Part shown: positions 57,325 to 64,000 of the stretch, in pieces | Numbering within the stretch: position 1 is the stretch's first letter | Layout of the letters: each line of letters starts with the position of its first letter | Notes under the pieces: generated by a model | Database searches by the model: none | What the model was told of the DNA's origin: nothing | The model's input: the letters and a program-made list of their open reading frames with translations, nothing else | Translations under genes and position numbers: made by a program | Source of the DNA: Vampirovibrionaceae bacterium NZW_1234 | GTDB taxonomy: Bacteria; Cyanobacteriota; Vampirovibrionia; Vampirovibrionales; JAGQHJ01 | Reading direction: 5' to 3' | NCBI GenBank assembly: GCA_041697335.1 | Contig: JBGUGD010000007.1 | Coordinates: 1-64,000, forward strand | DNA length: 64,000 bases

Positions 57325-59613
57325 ATGCTGCGTATTGAACCTCGATTTGCAGGCACCTATATTTTATCTGACACTTTAAAACATGATTCGGTCTTGCCTG
57401 GCACGTTTCCTCAATTGATTCGAGATACCTATTTTTCGCTTACCCCCAGTCCCAGTGAGCGTCAGGTATCCGCTCGTATAACTCTAACCCAAGCCCGTCA
57501 GGAGCTTCAGGAAAGAACAGTTCGGACTTTGGCAGAGTTAATAACTTTATCTTCGGAATTAGAGGCTCGATGTGCTCCGCTCGTTACAGATGATGAGAAT
57601 ACTGCACAGCTCAAGCAATCCTTAACGGCTTTTCTTCGTACCTCTGAAAGAGCAGCAACTGCTCCAACTGTTTCGGCAGCCTTAGTATCTGTAAAGTCCC
57701 TACTGGAAGCTCCAGCGCATGCAAATCAAACCGAGTTCATTCAAGATGCAATCGAACCTGTCTATTTTGCTCTTAAGCCTATATTTCGGCAATTGAATCA
57801 ACGAACCTCAGGTGAGGAGCCATCGTTTGAGAATTCTTTTCGAGGACTTGCTCAACGGTTTTTTAATCAAGTGGAAGAGCTCTATCAGGCTCACGTATCT
57901 TTTAATGCTCTGTCGGATTTGAACTTAATGGTGGCTGACAACGTAGCTCGCGACAGAGTCTATCATCTAACTCCTGACTCTCTTGCATCTTTGCGAAAAC
58001 GAAAATGGAAGGATGATGTGGCGGATGTTGCCATAATCGGTGCTGGTCCTGCCGGGCTCTCTGTGGGACTTCATAGCATACAGAGCAACCTTAACACTGT
58101 GGTTTTTGAGGCTGGGTATGTGGCTCAAAGTTTTTCCGACCAGATGATGTTGCCTGTTCATGTGATGCGCACGAACGGTATTATGAGTTCCTTAACACGA
58201 GAAGGTGTATCTCCTCCGGAACTGGTGAACAGATATGGGCTACCTCGATTTTTGAATTCGTATCGCGAAATAAGTACCCGAGCCCGCCAGCGTCTTGCGG
58301 AATTATTGGGACGTGATTTGATTGGAAATCCACCGAAAGCCATTCCTGGGCAAGATGCTCGCGCAGATGTTCCTGCAGCTCGAAGCGAATTATTTCAGCA
58401 TTTTGATCACGTTGCCGAAGCCATTTCCTCTCATCCACGAGGCATTTTGTTAGAGCGTGCCCCAGTTGCCAAAGTTACCAAGGATAAACGAACGGGTTTA
58501 TTTCGTATTGAAACTCGCAAGGGCCATGTTCAGCTAGCGCGTAATTTAGTTGTTTCTGCCGGGCAAGTTGGTAGCCGAGGTGAATTCATCAAGCAGGCAG
58601 GTTGGCTGGAGGACTTTGCAAAGGCAAATCCCAGTGTCGTTTTACTTCGGACTCGGGATGATTTGGTTCGAGAAAATGTACAGGTTTTGGATTATCAGAA
58701 TGCCTGGCACCACAATAACCCTCGCAAAGGGCAATTAATTCTATGTGATCCATTATTAGGAAGTCCTGAAATGCGTGCAGTTATTTCTCGACTGCCAAAA
58801 GGGACAACTTGTGGTGTTATTGGCGGTGGGGAGTCTGGTGCTAAAGCTGTTATTGAGTTATTTAACCTGAATCCTGGTCTTCAGGTCCATTGGTTTGTCA
58901 AGGAACGTCCGCGTGGTGAACAGTTTCAAGTGCCTCCCAATAACACAAGCATTGAGACGATGACCCAGTGTCTTTCTGATCCGGATGCTGCAGAGCAGAG
59001 CCTGAGAGATTGGAAGTATCGCTATGGGGTACCTATTACTCCCCAAACCCTCAAGGATCTGGAAGAACAAGAAGATGCTGGTAAATTGACAATTTACGCA
59101 CTTGGAAAGCATTTTGACCCTTCAACAGTAGAATTAAAGTCAACCGTTGCTAATGGAACAGGCTCAATGTCTCTGGAAATTATTGCTAAAGATCCGTCAG
59201 TGATACGGCGGATAAGTCCTGTATCAAAACCAGGTATTACCTCATTGGCGTTGTCTCATCTCGACGGAGTATTGGTTTCAGCCATGGGTTATGATCGAGA
59301 CCGGCTTCACCAGCAAGGTTCTTTAACTCAAGAACTTAAGCGGGCTGACTTAGTCAATCATCCGGGGGCCTCATCGGACGTTAACCGAACTGAGCTATCT
59401 ATGGGGCAAAATGGGTTATGTGCTGAGGCTGATGAGAGTGTGTATACCTGTGGTGCCTATAATATTGCTATGGCGGCAGATTCTGCTATCTTTTCCATGC
59501 CCGTCAGAGCGCAAAACATTGTTAACGACATTCGGCGGCGTGGAAATTATAAGAAAGAGCGTTTTCAAGCTGTTCGCTTCTGGCTGCGACGTCTTATTCG
59601 GTTAAATGTATAG
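57325..59613 (+). CDS. FAD/NAD(P)H-dependent oxidoreductase, class B flavoprotein monooxygenase-like, with about 225-aa N-terminal extension
   Basis: VAIIGAGPAGLS (FAD), LVVSAG, GVIGGGESG (NADPH), LVSAMGY. Confidence 0.75.
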   Translation: MLRIEPRFAGTYILSDTLKHDSVLPGTFPQLIRDTYFSLTPSPSERQVSARITLTQARQELQERTVRTLAELITLSSELEARCAPLVTDDENTAQLKQSLTAFLRTSERAATAPTVSAALVSVKSLLEAPAHANQTEFIQDAIEPVYFALKPIFRQLNQRTSGEEPSFENSFRGLAQRFFNQVEELYQAHVSFNALSDLNLMVADNVARDRVYHLTPDSLASLRKRKWKDDVADVAIIGAGPAGLSVGLHSIQSNLNTVVFEAGYVAQSFSDQMMLPVHVMRTNGIMSSLTREGVSPPELVNRYGLPRFLNSYREISTRARQRLAELLGRDLIGNPPKAIPGQDARADVPAARSELFQHFDHVAEAISSHPRGILLERAPVAKVTKDKRTGLFRIETRKGHVQLARNLVVSAGQVGSRGEFIKQAGWLEDFAKANPSVVLLRTRDDLVRENVQVLDYQNAWHHNNPRKGQLILCDPLLGSPEMRAVISRLPKGTTCGVIGGGESGAKAVIELFNLNPGLQVHWFVKERPRGEQFQVPPNNTSIETMTQCLSDPDAAEQSLRDWKYRYGVPITPQTLKDLEEQEDAGKLTIYALGKHFDPSTVELKSTVANGTGSMSLEIIAKDPSVIRRISPVSKPGITSLALSHLDGVLVSAMGYDRDRLHQQGSLTQELKRADLVNHPGASSDVNRTELSMGQNGLCAEADESVYTCGAYNIAMAADSAIFSMPVRAQNIVNDIRRRGNYKKERFQAVRFWLRRLIRLNV

Positions 59614-59789
59614 AGTTGTGCTGCTCCTCTCTGAACGAAATTAGAGCCGTAATGTCCATGTGTTTATTCAGGCGTCAGAGCTTCCAGGATACGTTATACT
59701 CAATTTGGAACAAAGCAGAATCAGGCTCGTCTTTGTCAAAAAATTGGGGCTTAAAATCTGCGTTAAAGTTGATGTGAGGACTGAAACGA

Positions 59790-60296
59790 ATGAATAAGCA
59801 AGCGCTCTTTTCAATGGCCCTGATCGGGCTTATGGTATTTTCGCCTTTATCGGTGTCCGCTGACCCCCCAGGGCATGCCAAGGGAAATAAGAACGCGAAC
59901 AGGCAGGCGGTCAGGGAAGCTGAACGCAATGAGTGGAAGTCGAAAAACAAGGTAGAGGAGGACACTCAGGGTTGGGTTCGTCCTCAAGGGCAAGCACGGC
60001 TTGATCAGTCTGTTTTTCGGCAATTGATGATTGGGCGAGGTAATGGCTTGGATCCGGCAACTCGCAGTATTTTACAGAGTCAACAGCCGTTACCGCCTGG
60101 AATTCGTAAGAATTTATTGCGTGGTAAGCCTCTTCCTCCTGGTATTGCCAAAAAAGTCTATAATTTGCCTCCATCGGCATATGCCTCTATGGGTATTCCT
60201 CCCAATGCCTATCGCATTGGGTCCGTGGGGCGGAACGTGATTTTGTATGATGTTGCCTCTGGTATTGTACGAGACATTTTGTATAACGCATTCTAA
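59790..60296 (+). CDS. exported CigR/RcnB-like protein
   Basis: Signal peptide (VSA-DPPG), LPPGIRKNLLRGKPLPPGIAKK, VGRNVIL...SGIVRDIL. Confidence 0.78.
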   Translation: MNKQALFSMALIGLMVFSPLSVSADPPGHAKGNKNANRQAVREAERNEWKSKNKVEEDTQGWVRPQGQARLDQSVFRQLMIGRGNGLDPATRSILQSQQPLPPGIRKNLLRGKPLPPGIAKKVYNLPPSAYASMGIPPNAYRIGSVGRNVILYDVASGIVRDILYNAF

Positions 60297-60327
60297 AGAT
60301 TACCTCTCGTTTTTCTTCAACGCCAAG

Positions 60328-60368
60328 AAGAGATCCTTGCCTATTGTATGAGTCGGCGAGGATCTTTT
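60328..60368 (+). terminator. probable intrinsic terminator
   Basis: AAGAGATCCTTGCC-13 nt-GGCGAGGATCTTTT stem (with G-U pairs) ending in a T run, about 30 nt after the stop. Confidence 0.55.
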
Positions 60369-60469
60369 CGGCTATTGAATTGAGTGGTTTGGTTAACCGT
60401 TGGCTTTGTGGACCGTTTGGTGAATTTACGGCATACTGTAGCCTCTCCCAGAATAAAGGGATATGAATA

Positions 60470-61441
60470 ATGACTTATCGTATGCGAATGATGGCTATAA
60501 TGATGGGGCTTGCAAGTCTTACTACGTTTTTACCCGCGATAACACAAGCAAGAGGTGTTTCCGGCGATTCGATCATCTCGCAAGTAATGCAACAGGTTCA
60601 AAACTTTACGCTTTCGATGAGTGTTTCGAGAGATGGAAAAGGCCAACAAGAATATCAATTTCGGGCCTATCAATATGGTCCTGCTGAGAAACAGGTATTT
60701 TATATGGTTCATCCGATGGGCTTATCTAAGCCTGAGAAGTTGGCTATCCTTGTTCACGGCGGTGGATTTCTAAGTGGTTCAGCTCTGGGGTTTGATGTTC
60801 AACCTTTGGCGCACTATTTTCTGAATCGTGGCTATACGGTGGCGAGTGTGGATTACCGGACATTAACTGGCTCTTCTTGGCCTACACCGGTACAGGATAT
60901 TGCTGAAGGTATTCACGCTGTCTATAGACAATTTGCGCAACCTCCTGAGGAATCCGTTTTGGTGGGCTTTTCTGCGGGGGCAGTGTCCGGGGCCTTACTG
61001 TTGTATGGCCAAAATTATCCACCTTTGCCTGAGATTGATAAGTTTATCGGGATCAGTGGTTTGTATAGTAAGGCTGCCACGGCTGAAGCACCTATTCGAG
61101 ATATTCGGATCCAAAGTCTTAAACAGGAAAACCTCCTTGAGATTGTTGATGATATTCGACGTCCAAGCACCAAAACGCCTGCTCTTTTGATACAAGGAAC
61201 ACGCGATTATTTTGCTGACCGTTACCCTGGGACTTCAAAGTCTCATGCCAGTTATTTAAGCGCCCTTTTAAACGAGCATCAGATTCATTCAAAAGTCTAT
61301 TGGGCAAGACAGGAAGGGTATGATGATCATGTTGGTCCTATCAGTTTGATAACCCTCGGGCATCCTGAAATGATTCAAACCATGGATCGGTTCTTAGCCT
61401 CACAGGATGGGCATCCTGGTTTTACCTGGTTCTGGAAATAA
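60470..61441 (+). CDS. secreted alpha/beta hydrolase (HSL-like esterase)
   Basis: Signal peptide; VHGGGF, SVDYR, GFSAG nucleophile elbow, QGTRD, DH. Confidence 0.88.
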   Translation: MTYRMRMMAIMMGLASLTTFLPAITQARGVSGDSIISQVMQQVQNFTLSMSVSRDGKGQQEYQFRAYQYGPAEKQVFYMVHPMGLSKPEKLAILVHGGGFLSGSALGFDVQPLAHYFLNRGYTVASVDYRTLTGSSWPTPVQDIAEGIHAVYRQFAQPPEESVLVGFSAGAVSGALLLYGQNYPPLPEIDKFIGISGLYSKAATAEAPIRDIRIQSLKQENLLEIVDDIRRPSTKTPALLIQGTRDYFADRYPGTSKSHASYLSALLNEHQIHSKVYWARQEGYDDHVGPISLITLGHPEMIQTMDRFLASQDGHPGFTWFWK

Positions 61442-61615
61442 TAAGTCTTGTGCTTGGATTTGCCTCAATTGTTTGGGAATTTTATAATTATCCACAATGA
61501 CGTCTCCTGCTATGAACGCTTTTGTGGCAATTGAGTGATCGGGTCATTAGGCTTTAGGCCTGGATATGTTGTTTGTATGATAACTTCTTCGTCTTCTTCT
61601 ACTAAGCAGAGTAAT

Positions 61616-62221
61616 ATGACAATCACAGGGGCTATTTTGGCTGGAGGCAAAAGTTCTCGGATGGGAGAGCCTAAGGCTGGAGTCCGTCTTTGGGACGGGC
61701 GAACGATGCTAGACTACGTGATTACAGCATTAAGACCGGTATGTCAGCAACTGGTTGTGGTTGGAGATAATGCTGGGGTGGATTTGTCTGGTTATTCTGG
61801 GTTGATTCATCTGGTAGATCGGAATCCCGGTTGCGGCCCTTTGGCGGGTTTAGAAGCCCTGTTTGAAAGCCGCTTGGATCATCGCTATCTCGTTGTTTCT
61901 TGTGATCAACCCCTACTGACTCCAGCGTTGCTTCAGATGCTTGTGGCAGCGGCTTCCGATACAAGTTTTACGTTTTTTAAAGGTGACTCTGACGAACTAT
62001 TTGACCCGTTCCCCGGTATATATCCTTCATGTTGGTTAACCGAGGTCAGGCAATATCTTGCGCAGAAAAGCTATGCACTTCGGCCAGCTCTCAAAAGAGA
62101 AGATATTCGATGGGTGCCTATCTCACCTTCTGATTCCAGATTCTTGGAAAGCATTAACACTCCCGAGCAGGTCCGGCGTATAATGGACAAGCCGTCGAAG
62201 GAGACCTTTCATGTTGGTTGA
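61616..62221 (+). CDS. mobA: molybdenum cofactor guanylyltransferase
   Basis: GAILAGGKSSRMG.PK, GPLAGL, SCDQP, INTPE; start uncertain (alternative ATGs upstream). Confidence 0.9.
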   Translation: MTITGAILAGGKSSRMGEPKAGVRLWDGRTMLDYVITALRPVCQQLVVVGDNAGVDLSGYSGLIHLVDRNPGCGPLAGLEALFESRLDHRYLVVSCDQPLLTPALLQMLVAAASDTSFTFFKGDSDELFDPFPGIYPSCWLTEVRQYLAQKSYALRPALKREDIRWVPISPSDSRFLESINTPEQVRRIMDKPSKETFHVG

Positions 62222-63188
62222 TCGGTTTGGTCGTATTCAAAATTACCTCCGCATTTCTGTTACGGATCGATGTAATCTGCGTTGTGTGTACTGCATGCCA
62301 GAGGAGGGCTTGGCTTGGAAACCTCGTGAAGAGATACTAACCTATGAAGAAATTGTCCGGCTGGCTCAATTGATGGTCAATTTAGGTGTGACGAAGATTC
62401 GTTTGACAGGGGGGGAACCAACAATTCGCCAGGATTTTGAGCACTTAATTGAAGGGCTGGGGCAGGTGTCTGGTTTACAGTCACTTTATATGACCACGAA
62501 TGGCTTGTCATTGGCCGATCATGCTCAGACCTATAAAAGTCTCGGGCTTACCGGAGTCAATATTAGCCTGGATACTCTGAAGCCTCATCGATTTCTTGCT
62601 ATTACACGCCGCTCAGGGTTTGATTCTGTCATGAAAGGAATCGAGGTGGCTTTAAGTGCTGGGTTCAATCCTGTGAAGCTTAACGTGGTCGTTATGGCCG
62701 GTGTGAATGATGATGAAATCTTGGATTTTGTTCGATTTGCCTCAGACAAGCCTTTGAATGTCCGTTTTATTGAGTGGATGCCCTTTCAACAGACTCCTTG
62801 GAGCCCCCAGGGCATCACCTCTTATCGACAAATGCGAGAGACCATTGAAACCCATTATTCACTCACACCGATACCCAGTGAAAGATCTGCTGTCGCTAAA
62901 GATTTTGCCATTAAAGGATTCCCGGGGACTGTCAGCTTTATTACTTCGATGACAGAGAGCTTTTGTGGGACTTGCAGTCGAATTCGACTCACCTCGGATG
63001 GGAATATCAAAGCCTGTTTATTTGAGCCTGTTGAAATTCCGCTACGTGATTTACTTCGCAACGGGGCTTCAAATGAAGAATTGGCCCGCCAGATTCAGAA
63101 GGCCATCTGGTTAAAACCTCAGGGGCATCCTCCGCCGGTTGATATTCCGGCTGAACAAAACCGGGCTATGGTACACATTGGTGGATAA
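62211..63188 (+). CDS. moaA: GTP 3',8-cyclase (radical SAM)
   Basis: YLRISVTDRCNLRCVYCMP, LTGGEP, FCGTCSRIRLTSDG..KACL, C-terminal IGG. Confidence 0.97.
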   Translation: MLVDRFGRIQNYLRISVTDRCNLRCVYCMPEEGLAWKPREEILTYEEIVRLAQLMVNLGVTKIRLTGGEPTIRQDFEHLIEGLGQVSGLQSLYMTTNGLSLADHAQTYKSLGLTGVNISLDTLKPHRFLAITRRSGFDSVMKGIEVALSAGFNPVKLNVVVMAGVNDDEILDFVRFASDKPLNVRFIEWMPFQQTPWSPQGITSYRQMRETIETHYSLTPIPSERSAVAKDFAIKGFPGTVSFITSMTESFCGTCSRIRLTSDGNIKACLFEPVEIPLRDLLRNGASNEELARQIQKAIWLKPQGHPPPVDIPAEQNRAMVHIGG

Positions 63189-63204
63189 AGAGGAGACAGA
63201 ACAG

Positions 63205-64000
63205 GTGCGTGATATTACGGCAAAAATTCACTCCCTCAGAACGGCTACAGCCCAGGCAGTCTTGCGGGCTTTACCTGAAACAGTGACTCGTATTAAAGCG
63301 GGAGACTTGCCAAAGGGCGATGCTTTGCCTGTCGCAAAAGTGGCTGCTATTCAAGCCGCGAAAAATACGTCTTTGCTTATTCCCTATTGTCATCCGATTC
63401 CAGTTGAATCGGTCACTGTGGATTTTTCGTTTATGGATTCTACAATCACGGTTCAAGTGGGTGTCAAAACCATTTACAAGACCGGTGTCGAAATGGAAGC
63501 GCTTTCGGCTGCCGCAGCTGCGGTGCTGACCATTTACGATATGGCCAAGATGCTCGACGAGACCATGACCATTGGGGATATTGTGTTGCTTGAAAAGCAG
63601 GGTGGCAAATCAGATTTTAAACAGGCTTTTGCCTCGTCTTTGCGTGCCGCGGTTATCGTCATGTCGGACTCCATTGCAGAGGGCAAGAAATCGGACCGAT
63701 CCGGCCAGATGATTGTTGAGCGTCTTCAGTCTGAAGGGTTAGTTGTTGAAGATTATCAGGTGATTCCAGATGATGTTGAGGCAATTCGTCGGTTGATACT
63801 CAAATACAGTGACGAAGAGCAGCTGGATCTGATTGTGACCACTGGTGGGACTGGTGTTAGTCCCCGTGACCAGACACCAGAGGCTGTAGAAAGGTTGCTT
63901 GATCAACACTTGCCTGGAGTTGCCGAAGCGATTCGAGCTTACGGACAGGAGAGAACCCCTTATTCCATGTTGTCTCGCTCCTTGGCTGGCGTGAGAAAGC
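63205..64000 (+). CDS. moaCB: bifunctional MoaC-MoaB/MogA molybdenum cofactor biosynthesis protein (runs off the window; absent from the ORF track)
   Basis: AGGAG RBS then GTG 63205; my translation gives MRDITAK..SLRTATA, KGDAL, LIPYCHP, TGVEMEAL, IYDMAK, EKQGGKS, then MSDS...DRSG and TTGGTGVSPRDQTPEA. Confidence 0.93.
   Translation, partial: MRDITAKIHSLRTATAQAVLRALPETVTRIKAGDLPKGDALPVAKVAAIQAAKNTSLLIPYCHPIPVESVTVDFSFMDSTITVQVGVKTIYKTGVEMEALSAAAAAVLTIYDMAKMLDETMTIGDIVLLEKQGGKSDFKQAFASSLRAAVIVMSDSIAEGKKSDRSGQMIVERLQSEGLVVEDYQVIPDDVEAIRRLILKYSDEEQLDLIVTTGGTGVSPRDQTPEAVERLLDQHLPGVAEAIRAYGQERTPYSMLSRSLAGVRK

Noticed and set aside
61488..61496. Perfect DnaA box TTATCCACA upstream of mobA
   Set aside because: Single box, no cluster and no dnaA/dnaN context; insufficient for oriC
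61442..61615. Possible Moco riboswitch upstream of mobA-moaA-moaCB
   Set aside because: I could not identify the conserved Moco RNA stems or motifs by eye; would need an Rfam scan

Overview
Bacterial chromosomal window with about 48 protein-coding genes; I found no rRNA, tRNA, CRISPR array or transposase. Recognisable modules: SNF2 helicase C-terminus; MscS, two tandem-USP genes and a P-type cation ATPase; PAS histidine kinase plus response regulator; electrophile-detox genes (VOC, DUF3291, quinone reductase, old yellow enzyme); heme oxygenase-bacteriophytochrome operon; ppsA plus USP; GT9, PaaK/CapK-like ligase and AdoMetDC-like gene; AttEFGH-type ABC/lipocalin operon; Zn-dependent dehydrogenase, 6TM channel, TPP enzyme, MBL hydrolase; and mobA-moaA-moaCB. 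Between these sit many orphan or divergent genes. Most notable: (i) a full-length bacterial GRAS-domain gene (the plant DELLA/SCARECROW fold); (ii) about nine orphan ORFs whose unstructured N-termini end in a shared [K/R/H/Q/L]-F-x(0-1)-[G/S/A] motif in front of diverse cargo (AAA+ ATPase, TPR, glycoside hydrolase, flavin monooxygenase, EF-hand), several also with a shared upstream DNA motif, which may indicate a co-regulated exported effector set; (iii) an AT-rich, tightly coupled HExxH protease / ClpB-D2-like ATPase / TPR operon; (iv) a Lys-depleted coiled-coil caspase-like protease and a divergent subtilase; (v) an unannotated NodT/TolC pseudogene. The leader style and gene content suggest a non-photosynthetic cyanobacterial relative (Vampirovibrionia/Melainabacteria-like), but that is inference only. 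All family calls come from reading motifs by eye, with no database search.
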